DNA of 64,000 nt, from positions 2,334 through 66,333 of IMG/VR virus record IMGVR_UViG_3300035670_000181, one strand, 5' to 3'. The notes under the pieces were generated by a model that worked only from the letters and a program-made list of their open reading frames with translations, had not been told where the DNA came from and made no database searches. The stretch is from a virus. Below, in pieces: positions 17,387 through 26,538 of this stretch; position 1 is the stretch's first letter, and each line of letters starts with the position of its first letter. The translations under genes and the position numbers were made by a program.

Positions 17387-18186
17387 TATGGTAGCTTAAT
17401 AACCTGTCCTACGCCAATTGAATTTACATTAGTAATCTTGTTAAGCTTTGCTAGAGCATCTACGGTTGTCCCATGTTTCTTAGCAATCTTGCTAAGAGTG
17501 TCACCAGATGCGACAGTATAAACCTTTGCTTTGGCAGCAGGCTTTGCTACTGGCTTAGCAAGTGTCTTCACAACAGGCTTGGCCACTGGCTTGACAATTG
17601 GCTTAGCGACAGGCTTATCCTCTTTTACGCCATCATCAGCAACTGGGGCATCTTCTGGAGTGGCCTCACCAGCAAATCCCTTTGCCTTTTCTGCCTGAAT
17701 GAGTGCCTTTGTGAACTCAATTGGCTCAACAAAGCCCTTTCCATCAGCAGACCAGCCATGGTCCTTGCCCTTCCAGATCTCCCAGTGTAGGTGAACACCA
17801 GTTGACATGCCAGAAGTTCCCATCTTACCTAGAACCTTTCCAGCCTCAACCTTGTCTCCAGTCTTGACCTGTAGAGAACCCTTCTCAAGGTGTGCATACA
17901 GGTGACTGTACCATTCGCCATCAATTAGTGATGCGATCTTTACGTAATAACCAAATCCGTCTGGTTCCCCATTAGACTTCTTTTGCTTTGATGGTCCAGC
18001 ATACATGACCTTGCCTGGAAATGCTGCTTCAATATAAACTGGTCCCTTTGAGTTACCAGGAATGATGTCAGTACCGTTGTGGTGCTTCTTCTCATTCTTT
18101 ACTGGGTGGATTCTCCAACCCATCTTGCTCTTTACCTTCCAGGCTTTTCCTGGAATTCCGTCAATTGGAAATTGATACTTAGCCAT
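17386..18186 (-). CDS. Endolysin: M23 peptidase, KP-rich linker, LysM
   Basis: [18 protein letters not shown]; [13 protein letters not shown]...[10 protein letters not shown]. Confidence 0.9.
   Translation of the reverse strand: MAKYQFPIDGIPGKAWKVKSKMGWRIHPVKNEKKHHNGTDIIPGNSKGPVYIEAAFPGKVMYAGPSKQKKSNGEPDGFGYYVKIASLIDGEWYSHLYAHLEKGSLQVKTGDKVEAGKVLGKMGTSGMSTGVHLHWEIWKGKDHGWSADGKGFVEPIEFTKALIQAEKAKGFAGEATPEDAPVADDGVKEDKPVAKPIVKPVAKPVVKTLAKPVAKPAAKAKVYTVASGDTLSKIAKKHGTTVDALAKLNKITNVNSIGVGQVIKLP
17525..17620 (-). repeat. Coding repeat KP(V/I)(A/V) in the endolysin linker
   Basis: [29 protein letters not shown]. Confidence 0.8.
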
Positions 18187-18196
18187 ATGTTACTCC

Positions 18197-18895
18197 TTAT
18201 TCTGTTCCGTCTGACATTCTTGGGTTTTTTAAATGATGATACCAATGTGGCATAGAATATCTTGTTCCAGACCTTATTGGCATAATCTCATGTACATACA
18301 AGAAATTTGATGGGAAAAATACAATACTTCCAGCCTCTGGCTTTATCTTAACGTTAGACTGCCTAAACTCTATCTCTCCACCCTCATAATCATCATTTAG
18401 GTATGATACTGTAGAAATTAGTCTACTGCTTACCCCCAAATCTTGGTGTGCTGGCAGGTGTCCACCATCAGACTCGTATCGCAAAATACCATCCATTGGC
18501 TCCTCAGACTTTACAGCATTTTTAGCCCATGGATATAACACTGTGCTATAGTGCTCAAATGCTCTGTCTAGTGAGCCATATAATGCATCAGCAATTGTAA
18601 CTAAATCATTTTTATAAAAGTCATGCTCATCAATTTCATTATGACGATAAATATAAAACTTATAGTTAAATGGTTTTGGCATGTGATCATCCCACCATGG
18701 CTCCCAGTCACGAACCCTGGTAAAGCTATCTCCATGCTCTTTTGCATCATATCTATCACTCAGCTTCTTGACCAAGCTTACAATCTTTTTAGAATCTGGA
18801 ATAATATTTTTATAATATACCAGCCCAAGGTCAAGAACTTCAAAGTCTAGGCTCACAGCTACCTCACTATCTTTGTTTTGTATGTCTGTTCCCAC
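18197..18895 (-). CDS. 2OG-Fe(II) oxygenase, prolyl-4-hydroxylase-like
   Basis: HQD, YLNDDYEGGE, FFPSNFLY.H, G.RYS; true start may be slightly downstream. Confidence 0.88.
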   Translation of the reverse strand: MGTDIQNKDSEVAVSLDFEVLDLGLVYYKNIIPDSKKIVSLVKKLSDRYDAKEHGDSFTRVRDWEPWWDDHMPKPFNYKFYIYRHNEIDEHDFYKNDLVTIADALYGSLDRAFEHYSTVLYPWAKNAVKSEEPMDGILRYESDGGHLPAHQDLGVSSRLISTVSYLNDDYEGGEIEFRQSNVKIKPEAGSIVFFPSNFLYVHEIMPIRSGTRYSMPHWYHHLKNPRMSDGTE

Positions 18896-20271
18896 TTAAT
18901 TATATCATGCTCGTCGTTAAGTAGTGGCTGCCCCTTAATGTTTAGGCTAGTATTAAGCAATACTGGAACACCAGTTTCGCTATAAAACTTTTCCAATACT
19001 GCGTACAGGCCAGGGTGCTGATTGCGTGTCACTGTTTGAACCCTAGAAGTTCCATCAACGTGAACAACTGATGGAATAATATCTGGCTTTAAGCATTTAG
19101 GGGTATACTGCATATATGGAGACTCGTAGTCCATATTAAACCACTCAGAGGCATGCTCTGCCATTACCACAGGAGCAAATGGCCTAAAAAGCTCACGTTT
19201 TTTAATTTTATTAACCTTATTTTTGATATCTGGGTCTCTTGGATCAGCCAGGATGCTTCTATTTCCTAGTGCACGTGGACCAAACTCTGCCTTACCACTT
19301 GCCACTGCAGCAATCTTATTTGACATGATTTCATTAAAGATATCGTCTACTGGATATTCTCCACCAAGATCATATCCAAGGTATGGCCCTTGCCAATCCA
19401 AGTGTTTTCCATATAGGGCAGCTGCAGCCCCTAGCGAGCTTCCAGCATCTCCTGGGTTTGGCATAATCCAAACATTAGGGAATATGTCCCATAACATAGT
19501 ATTTGCCTTACTATTAAGTGCACAGCCACCCATAAAAACTAAATTCTGACTAGGCAACTCTTGCCTAATAATATACATAAAGTCCCAAAGTCTATCTTCA
19601 TATACAGCCTGTACTGCAGCTGCTATGTCAAACCTATCCTGCTCTGAAATTGTGTCATTCCAGTCAATTATTCCTTTATGAAATCCATATTTTTGTTTAT
19701 ATACAGATGGGAAATATTCTTCAATTTTATTTCGATACTTGTCAGGATTTCCATACCCTGCCATCCCCATCATAATATACTCTTCTTCGTTTTCCTTTAA
19801 GCCAATTAGCTGAGTAAATGCAGAATAGAATAATCCAAAGCTGTATGGATAAGACCAAGACCTGTATGGCTTTATGGTATCTTTATCTCCTATCCAAATG
19901 CTAGATGTTGTAAATTCTCCAATAGCGTCAAGCACAACAATTGTTGCATCTTTAAATGAGCTTGTATAATAACCTGCAGCTGCATGAGAGTAATGATGCC
20001 TAAATGCCTTATCGTAATGATGAGTTGGCTTCCAGTCAGATGCTCCACCACTTAGCATAAGCCTTAAATGCTTAAATTTTGGTTTTTCATAATAAGCAAT
20101 TGTATCTGGCTCACCAAACTTAAGTCCATCTAGCCATAGCTTATCATTGGTATACCAATCATTTTTTTGTTTACTATATCGTTCAGCATGACCAGCAAAT
20201 AAAATTTTTCCGTCTTCAATAACAGCTAGGGCAGCATCATGAGACGTTTCATTAAATCCAAGTATTCGCAT
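18859..20271 (-). CDS. Carbamoyltransferase (NodU/CmcH family), second copy
   Basis: SHDAA, HHYSHAA, DAIGE, MGMAGYG, EFGPRALGNRS, KRE.FRPFAP, LNTSLN. Confidence 0.92.
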   Translation of the reverse strand: MRILGFNETSHDAALAVIEDGKILFAGHAERYSKQKNDWYTNDKLWLDGLKFGEPDTIAYYEKPKFKHLRLMLSGGASDWKPTHHYDKAFRHHYSHAAAGYYTSSFKDATIVVLDAIGEFTTSSIWIGDKDTIKPYRSWSYPYSFGLFYSAFTQLIGLKENEEEYIMMGMAGYGNPDKYRNKIEEYFPSVYKQKYGFHKGIIDWNDTISEQDRFDIAAAVQAVYEDRLWDFMYIIRQELPSQNLVFMGGCALNSKANTMLWDIFPNVWIMPNPGDAGSSLGAAAALYGKHLDWQGPYLGYDLGGEYPVDDIFNEIMSNKIAAVASGKAEFGPRALGNRSILADPRDPDIKNKVNKIKKRELFRPFAPVVMAEHASEWFNMDYESPYMQYTPKCLKPDIIPSVVHVDGTSRVQTVTRNQHPGLYAVLEKFYSETGVPVLLNTSLNIKGQPLLNDEHDIIKWEQTYKTKIVR

Positions 20272-20348
20272 TAATAAATATACTTTCTTTGCTTTAAATC
20301 TTTACGATTTTTAAATTTCCAAATAAGAAACTTAATATACTTAATCAC
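20271..20348 (-). CDS. Tiny basic peptide (25 aa), coupled to the carbamoyltransferase
   Basis: GTG start, MIKYIKFLIWKFKNRKDLKQRKYIY*, TAATG overlap with the ATG at 20271. Confidence 0.45.
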   Translation of the reverse strand: MIKYIKFLIWKFKNRKDLKQRKYIY

Positions 20349-21254
20349 CTAGACCTCCAAACTTTTTATATATTCATTATATATGAAGTTGTAGTAAAAA
20401 TCATGAACAGCAATTCCAGGATGTGCGTCATCCATGGCCTTTATGAAAAAATCGCTGTATTTATGCTCTGAGTTTTCCTGAGTAAAATTAAAAATGTGCC
20501 GTTCTGCATCCTTAATTCTAAATGGCAAAAGTCCCATGGCTGATCTTATATCTCTATTTGGCTTAGCGTTAAAGGTTTTATCCCATGTGAATGCATAAAT
20601 TTTTGATGGCAATATCCTTCTTAAAAATTTTATTAGCATTAAATTACTAATCAAAAGTTTATTCTTAAAAATCTCTCTTTGATCTAAATTATCAATAGAG
20701 GATGATTCTCTTTCTGCGTCTGGAAAGTTAATGAAAATTAAATCTGGAACTCCATAATAATATAGATAGACAAGGATGTTTGACAGTATTTCAGACATCC
20801 CAACGCCTGGAGTTCCAAGATTAAAGTATCCAGATGTTTTTTGAGAAGATGAGATTTTTGAATATAATTTATGTGCCCAAGTATATTCTAGTGGAATAGA
20901 ATCGCCAAATGTTATAGAGCATCCAGCAAAAAGAATATGCAAACCATTGTGCTTGTCTGTAAACTCATCAGATCTAAATCCATAACTATTTAATTTATAA
21001 AAGTCTCTAATATCAATCCCCATGCCATTTAGATATTTTTCTAATATATAAACTGCTGAGTCTTTTTGCTTTCCAACATTGGCAAAGCGTCCTTCCTTGT
21101 GATTACGATCAAACCCCAGCTCATTTATTAGTCTATCTATTCTTTTTTTGTGTTTTGGAAATTCAAGATGATCAGCTTTATCTTTTTGGTATAGCCTACC
21201 TGCTTCATCAATTGGAAGACTTACAAGCTCGCTTGGATCTGGACCATCAATCAT
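20349..21254 (-). CDS. SGNH/GDSL-like hypothetical protein
   Basis: NSYGFRSDEF, ILFAGCSITFG, FNLG.PG, D.AHPG; start moved to 21254. Confidence 0.6.
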   Translation of the reverse strand: MIDGPDPSELVSLPIDEAGRLYQKDKADHLEFPKHKKRIDRLINELGFDRNHKEGRFANVGKQKDSAVYILEKYLNGMGIDIRDFYKLNSYGFRSDEFTDKHNGLHILFAGCSITFGDSIPLEYTWAHKLYSKISSSQKTSGYFNLGTPGVGMSEILSNILVYLYYYGVPDLIFINFPDAERESSSIDNLDQREIFKNKLLISNLMLIKFLRRILPSKIYAFTWDKTFNAKPNRDIRSAMGLLPFRIKDAERHIFNFTQENSEHKYSDFFIKAMDDAHPGIAVHDFYYNFIYNEYIKSLEV

Positions 21255-22167
21255 TTTGTGCAATAGCCTTTTGATATAAATTAAATGCAAAGTGAGCGTA
21301 AAAATCATGCTCTGCTACCCCAGGATGAACGTAGTCAAGACCCTTAAGCATGTGCTCTATATATGGAGAGTCTTGATTATTTTTTATATAGTTATACATA
21401 TGCAAATATCTTTCATCATAGTCAAAGGTATAAAAGTTATCAAATTTTAATCTAGGATCTTCATACTCATAAACTTGTTCTGGAGCACCATCGTTTACCC
21501 TAGCATCCCAAGAAAATGAAATTAACTTAATATTATTTTGAGCACAATAATGGCTAAGCATCATATATGGTGGTAATATATTTATATTGACGACATGCCC
21601 CTCAGACTCGTACCCTCGTTCACGATTCAGGTCTGGAAGGTTTAAAAATATAACATCTGGATTACCATACTTAACTATATACTTAAATGTTTGCCCCAAT
21701 ACCTCTAGTACTGTAGCACCATTCATGCCAATGTTAAAATATCCAGAAGTCTTAGTTTCTCTTTCAATCATCTGGTGTGTCTTATATGACCAAGTTTCTT
21801 CTAAAAACATAGCGTCACCAAATGTGATTGAACAGCCAGCAAATAAAACGTGTAGACCGCTGTGATCTTTTTTAAACTCGTCAGACCTCAGTCCATTTGA
21901 GTTTCTTTTTTTATATAGGTCATAAATTGTCATATCATACTTTTGTAACTCTTTTTCAGTATAGTATATGTTAAATGCCCCCAGGTTAGATGCAAAAAGA
22001 TCTTTGATATCTCTATTGTCTTTGGTGTAAAACCCAAGTTCTATTGCAATAGAGTTAAGCCTATCAAGCTCTGGAAGGTAGGCATTTCTTTCTATACCGT
22101 GCCTTTTATAAAACTCTGACTCATCTTCTTTGGGACTATTTCCAAAAACTTTAGAAAACATTTCCAT
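21247..22167 (-). CDS. SGNH/GDSL-like hypothetical protein (paralog)
   Basis: NSNGLRSDEF, VLFAGCSITFG, FNIG..G, D.VHPG. Confidence 0.6.
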   Translation of the reverse strand: MEMFSKVFGNSPKEDESEFYKRHGIERNAYLPELDRLNSIAIELGFYTKDNRDIKDLFASNLGAFNIYYTEKELQKYDMTIYDLYKKRNSNGLRSDEFKKDHSGLHVLFAGCSITFGDAMFLEETWSYKTHQMIERETKTSGYFNIGMNGATVLEVLGQTFKYIVKYGNPDVIFLNLPDLNRERGYESEGHVVNINILPPYMMLSHYCAQNNIKLISFSWDARVNDGAPEQVYEYEDPRLKFDNFYTFDYDERYLHMYNYIKNNQDSPYIEHMLKGLDYVHPGVAEHDFYAHFAFNLYQKAIAQND

Positions 22168-22168
22168 A

Positions 22169-22771
22169 TTATTCCTTTCTTGTATTTGGATGGTTTCTTG
22201 CAGCCCAGAATGCGGTTTCTTCTACTGTGTGAAAGTCAGGATCCGCATGCTCTGGAAGGCTTGTGTGCATATAGAGTGCGGTATGCCTGTGCCCAGCAGT
22301 CACTGTTGTTATTCCATGAATGTATTCTGACCCAGCACTTGGGAAAAATACAGCAGAATACTTTTTAGGCTTATACTCAAAATCTTGATTGGGAAAATAA
22401 ATTATTCCACCCTCATAGTCTTCTGGATCATTTAAATATATAATTGTGCTCCACTCAATAAATGGCTCTGGGTCCTGTGCATCAATATGAAGCCCACCAA
22501 CCGATCCAGATTGCCAATGTGATCCGAATGCCTTAAAAACATATATTGGATTTACAAATCCATTAAGGTTTTTATGTACATCATTAGACTTATGTCCATA
22601 CTTAATTAACAAATCCATAACCACTTTGTTATACGGAAATGCTGTTCCACCAAAACGATCCTTGTAATATTCTGGATATGGATTAACCTCTGATGGATTT
22701 AATTGCTCATTGATTAAAATCTGAGCATCTTCTGGTGCAATAAAGTTATCTATGATGTGGATTCTATGCAT
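22169..22771 (-). CDS. 2OG-Fe(II) oxygenase, prolyl-4-hydroxylase-like
   Basis: HID, IIYLND..DYEGG, FFPS...YIHG, G.R.T. Confidence 0.85.
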   Translation of the reverse strand: MHRIHIIDNFIAPEDAQILINEQLNPSEVNPYPEYYKDRFGGTAFPYNKVVMDLLIKYGHKSNDVHKNLNGFVNPIYVFKAFGSHWQSGSVGGLHIDAQDPEPFIEWSTIIYLNDPEDYEGGIIYFPNQDFEYKPKKYSAVFFPSAGSEYIHGITTVTAGHRHTALYMHTSLPEHADPDFHTVEETAFWAARNHPNTRKE

Positions 22772-22780
22772 TATGTTCTC

Positions 22781-23644
22781 CTAATAAATTGCCTTGGTTG
22801 AAGCCAAGAATCGTTCTCCACCAATATCTACAAACTTTAACGTATTTGGATCATACAATACATCATCGTTTTGATATGGTATAGGCTTTAGATCATTCTT
22901 TTTGAGTCCATGAAACTCTAAAAAGTCTGACAGTTTTCTTTCTTTACCCTGGTAATAGCTATACCTATTATAGCTTATTTCATTTATCAAATTTATGAAA
23001 TCATTATATTTATGCTCTAGGGAAAATGGGGCATATAAGTTCTCCAGGGTCCTATTCTTTAAGTCAGTATATAGGTCGCTTGGTGCTGAATATATATCAA
23101 TATTATTACAAAAACACTCAATGCTAAGAAGCTCAGACTCTCCAAAATACTTAGTCTGAATAGGATACTGAATTGAAGAAAATGTTTCTTTAGACCCAAA
23201 CATAAAATTATTGTCAATTATTTGACTCAGTATAAAGTTATTAGCCTCATACCTGTCTACTGTCAAAAAATATTTGTCTTTTTTTCTATATCTTGAAGTA
23301 CCTTGACCAGAAACTATAATATTTTTATCAGCAACAAAATCCATCAGCCTGGTATCCCATCCAGGGGTAAAAATTATGTCATCTGTGACCATCATACGAT
23401 AGCCATCTGGACCATTATAAATAGATTCATGCCTATAGCTTGCAGGACCATACTGATGATCCCAAAAAATATTATAGTAATCTATTGCCTTGGCCTTTAT
23501 CTTATCCTCTCTTGTTAGAGGATTTTGATCTTTTACTACTACATATGGAACACTGTCAGCAGTGTCAACCATATTTTTTACCATTTCTGGCAAATTCTTT
23601 CCTTTATAAGAGTAAACTAATACTGATATCATTCTGGCTGTCAT
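22781..23644 (-). CDS. Divergent GT-A glycosyltransferase, GT60-like
   Basis: MMVTDDIIF..GWD and YFGE..LLS...F...IDIYSAP align by eye with the DSH..F...WD and EE..LS.R...IY motifs of 221-1165. Confidence 0.55.
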   Translation of the reverse strand: MTARMISVLVYSYKGKNLPEMVKNMVDTADSVPYVVVKDQNPLTREDKIKAKAIDYYNIFWDHQYGPASYRHESIYNGPDGYRMMVTDDIIFTPGWDTRLMDFVADKNIIVSGQGTSRYRKKDKYFLTVDRYEANNFILSQIIDNNFMFGSKETFSSIQYPIQTKYFGESELLSIECFCNNIDIYSAPSDLYTDLKNRTLENLYAPFSLEHKYNDFINLINEISYNRYSYYQGKERKLSDFLEFHGLKKNDLKPIPYQNDDVLYDPNTLKFVDIGGERFLASTKAIY

Positions 23645-24393
23645 TTTTTATTCTTTGACTCCCCACGAAATATTTTTCTTCTCCACGCAAACCACTTATA
23701 GTATCCATGAATTTTTGTTCTGCGACGTTCTGCTGCAAAATCATGTCTCTCAACTTCTTCAGGAGTCTCTATCACCTGCATTCCCCAAGAGTCTCGCTTA
23801 AAGGGAATCATTTGAAAAATTGGAGTTCCTTTTGGAATAACTCCACGAAAATTTCTATTTAAAAAGAATGCAACGAATACTGGCAGTCCCCAAATATCTG
23901 ACTCAATAATTCCAGACTGAACTATAAAAGGCAAGTCATATCTATTCATTGGGTGTGTAACCAATACAGAGTACCCTGGTGGAGTTTCATAATACCAATT
24001 CATTTTAAAACCATAATGTATTGGGTGACAATTATTTGGAACTGGTAGCTCTATTGTGGGGCGTTGATCAACAATCATGAAATCGCCCTTCCACCAAAGA
24101 ATTGGCTTGCCATCATCATCTATGTCAACATGAAGATCATCTTCTAGAGTAAACATATATCCTGCTGTCATAGCATCTAGAAATGGAGGGCACTGCTTTG
24201 TTGCTACAACTGCACCATCAGTACCTATATAGTTAACTGGATGCAGGGTCTTTTCGCTATTAGATAGGTTATGCTTAGCAAGACTTTTATACCACTCTGG
24301 AACATGGATACTTGCAGGTGTTGGTGCCGTTAGCCTACCACCATGGTCTGGCATAGTGGGAACAAAGCTAATCTTTAAAAGATCATCTTCCAA
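23641..24393 (-). CDS. Conserved phage protein (K.C.PFLDAM family, DUF6065/dUTPase-like fold suspected)
   Basis: PEWYK, KQCPPFLDAMTAGY, TPPGYS, GIIESD, KGTPIFQMIPFKR. Confidence 0.6.
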   Translation of the reverse strand: MEDDLLKISFVPTMPDHGGRLTAPTPASIHVPEWYKSLAKHNLSNSEKTLHPVNYIGTDGAVVATKQCPPFLDAMTAGYMFTLEDDLHVDIDDDGKPILWWKGDFMIVDQRPTIELPVPNNCHPIHYGFKMNWYYETPPGYSVLVTHPMNRYDLPFIVQSGIIESDIWGLPVFVAFFLNRNFRGVIPKGTPIFQMIPFKRDSWGMQVIETPEEVERHDFAAERRRTKIHGYYKWFAWRRKIFRGESKNKK

Positions 24394-25128
24394 TTACTTA
24401 TACTCTTTCTTAGAGCGAAACTTATTCTTGTAGCCATTCAAGAAGGTGCTTCTAAGCCATAGCCTCTGATTATCAAACATTTCTCTAGCCTCTTCTGGTG
24501 TTTCAAGCTCCATTTCCCAAGATTCTCTTTGGAATGGCACTAACTGTAACATTGGAGTACCTTGCTTGATTACCCCCTTGAATCCCTTCTTTACCAAGAA
24601 TGACATGTGGCCGTCAGTAGCAAAAGTGTCAGTATCAACAATAGCACTAAATGCCCAAAGCGGTGAGTTGTCTGCGTGATGTGGATTCATAATTAAAGTG
24701 CTGTATCCCTTTGGAGTTCTGATTGCCCACATTGGCATTATTCTTAATAATTGCTTATGATAAAGTTCTGGATCAATTGGGTAATTTGCGTACTGTTCTG
24801 GAGAATGGTAAGAAAATACATCATTCTGCCACTCGTGTAGCTGAGATGGTATTGACCACTTTAGCTGGTTTGGATCAGTAGCATCTAAGAAAATATCGCA
24901 TGGAACACCAAGTATATATCCTGCTGTCATAGCATCAAAAATTGGCATACATCTTTTAATTGTTGATGTAGCAAATCCCATTGGGATGGTTTCTTCGTCC
25001 CTAATACTTCCAGGCTGTACCTTATACCATTCTGGTACGTACTTCACTGCTGGCTTTGGCTCTGGAACAAAAGTTTTAGTAGCATGATTAAATGGATAAA
25101 ACTTTATAAGGTTAGACTGCTTTTTCAT
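24394..25128 (-). CDS. Paralog of 23641-24393
   Basis: PEWYK, KRCMPIFDAMTAGY, TPKGYS, IVDTD, QGTPMLQLVPFQR. Confidence 0.6.
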   Translation of the reverse strand: MKKQSNLIKFYPFNHATKTFVPEPKPAVKYVPEWYKVQPGSIRDEETIPMGFATSTIKRCMPIFDAMTAGYILGVPCDIFLDATDPNQLKWSIPSQLHEWQNDVFSYHSPEQYANYPIDPELYHKQLLRIMPMWAIRTPKGYSTLIMNPHHADNSPLWAFSAIVDTDTFATDGHMSFLVKKGFKGVIKQGTPMLQLVPFQRESWEMELETPEEAREMFDNQRLWLRSTFLNGYKNKFRSKKEYK

Positions 25129-25789
25129 AGAACTCCTCTATTCTTTCTTTAATTATATCATTTACTGCAAAAACCATATCAAACATTGGCGATGGCATTC
25201 TTACTACTCCAAACTCACTATCTTCCATATGGGGTCCACTTTTCTTAAAACTAAATGGAATAAAGTGTGGCCTGACGTAGTCATTAGCGGTATTTCCAAT
25301 GTAATGTCTAAAATCCTTCATCTCGTAAATATGAAAGGCAGACTCTTCTTGTGGCTGCTCATAAGATATTTCTACATCAATATCTGGAAACCATGGAGTA
25401 TAAAACTTATGGATTACATCAAAACAATTATCAGGAACCGTGGCCTGAAAGTTAGTGGGATAATATTGTCTAACCCATGGCCTATCAACATGATAAAGCT
25501 CTTCGTTTTCTTCTTTTAATAAGAAAATATCTGCATGGGTGTATTGCCTTAGCCTAACAATATTGTTATTAATAGAAACAAGCTTTGGTGGTGCAATAAT
25601 GTTAGCAGCATACCAGTTAATTGGTTTAATTATGTTCCTGCCAAAATTACTTTGCAATACCTTTTGGTAAGATCTCCAGGATGGCCTAACCGTAGACTTA
25701 ATGCAAATATCCAAAAAATCAGGGTCTGGATTATTTTTCCAGGCATCTTTATCGAAATTTTCTGTACCTGGTGCGAACATCTCTTGCAT
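25112..25789 (-). CDS. Hypothetical protein
   Basis: 225-aa ORF with upstream TGGTATAAT. Confidence 0.6.
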   Translation of the reverse strand: MQEMFAPGTENFDKDAWKNNPDPDFLDICIKSTVRPSWRSYQKVLQSNFGRNIIKPINWYAANIIAPPKLVSINNNIVRLRQYTHADIFLLKEENEELYHVDRPWVRQYYPTNFQATVPDNCFDVIHKFYTPWFPDIDVEISYEQPQEESAFHIYEMKDFRHYIGNTANDYVRPHFIPFSFKKSGPHMEDSEFGVVRMPSPMFDMVFAVNDIIKERIEEFYEKAV

Positions 25790-25822
25790 ATTAAGCTCTT
25801 TCTACATAACAATTATACCATG

Positions 25823-25895
25823 CAGTCCGTATGGGATTCGAACCCATGATCTTCTCCGTGAAAGGGAGACGAGATAACCGCTACTCCAACGGACC
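25823..25895 (-). tRNA. tRNA-Glu(TTC)
   Basis: Cloverleaf; anticodon arm TCTCC-CTTTCAC-GGAGA; GTTCGAATC T-loop; no encoded CCA. Confidence 0.93.
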
Positions 25896-25899
25896 AAAG

Positions 25900-25973
25900 A
25901 GCTCCCTGTCAGGTTCGAACTGACGACCTATCGCTTACAAGGCGATTGCTCTGGCCAACTGAGCTAAGGAAGC
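25900..25973 (-). tRNA. tRNA-Thr(TGT)
   Basis: Anticodon arm ATCGC-CTTGTAA-GCGAT; TAGCTCAGTTGG D-arm; GTTCGAAC. Confidence 0.93.
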
Positions 25974-25976
25974 AAA

Positions 25977-26116
25977 TGCCATCCACGCAAGTGCTGATGG
26001 CTGTGTAATCTAAGTTCTCGCCTAGACGCATGATCTGTTGGCTGAACTCCTCAACCATACCGCTGGAACATGCAATTTCAACTACACGATCTTTGTACTT
26101 ATGTTCAGATACCATA
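25977..26116 (-). ncRNA. Candidate structured RNA between tRNA-Asp and tRNA-Thr
   Basis: Stems GAACAT/ATGTTC, GGTTGAG/TTCAGCC, TCTAGG/CTTAGA, GCCATC/GATGGC; G-U pairs favour the minus strand. Confidence 0.4.
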
Positions 26117-26123
26117 CAAAGAG

Positions 26124-26197
26124 CGACTCCGATGGGACTTGAACCCACGACCCCCACCGTGACAGGGTGGTGCTCTAACCTACTGAGCTACGAAGCC
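26124..26197 (-). tRNA. tRNA-Asp(GTC)
   Basis: Anticodon arm CCACC-CTGTCAC-GGTGG; GTTCAAGTC. Confidence 0.93.
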
Positions 26198-26202
26198 AAA
26201 AC

Positions 26203-26455
26203 AGAAGAGTTACGACCAGTCACTGCAATAGCGATAGCCGTTCATGCCTTCCGCACTCCTTTCGGAGTAGTGTGAGTAGGTGGATTGCCTTTTACCACCA
26301 GTGCCTAGTCAATACGGCTCGTCATAGATCCGCTTTTGAGCACACCCTCAGTTTAGCTTGCTAAGCTTGGACGCTAGTCCCCAAGTTGCCTTATTCTCCC
26401 CATTTGACTCTGAGAATTATTCAGCCATACTCCACAGAAACCGTCGTCTCTGTGT
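26203..26455 (-). ncRNA. Candidate ~250-nt multi-hairpin ncRNA between tRNA-Asn and tRNA-Asp
   Basis: Long-range stem GAGTATGGCT/GGTCGTAACTC enclosing several hairpins including ACTCC-GAAA-GGAGT; no minus-strand ORF of 60 aa or more. Confidence 0.6.
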
Positions 26456-26458
26456 TTG

Positions 26459-26530
26459 CTCCCCCTCCTGGATTCGAACCAGGAACCTTAGAGTTAACAG
26501 CTCTCTGCTCTGCCGTTGAGCTAAAGGGGA
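26459..26530 (-). tRNA. tRNA-Asn(GTT)
   Basis: Anticodon arm AGAG-CTGTTAA-CTCT; GGTTCGAATCC. Confidence 0.93.
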
Positions 26531-26538
26531 AAACCTAT

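Noticed and set aside
5792-20271. Carbamoyltransferases as hydroxymethylcytosine DNA-modification enzymes
   Set aside because: No dCMP hydroxymethylase, C5-methyltransferase or clear TET/JBP in this window, and restriction-site avoidance appears strong; not excluded for the rest of the genome
25909-26275. ORFs 25909-26157 (-) and 26030-26275 (+)
   Set aside because: They overlap clear tRNA genes
26203-26455. tmRNA or RNase P RNA
   Set aside because: No tRNA-Ala-like ends or T-arm with CCA, and no GAGGAAAGUCC-type P4 motif
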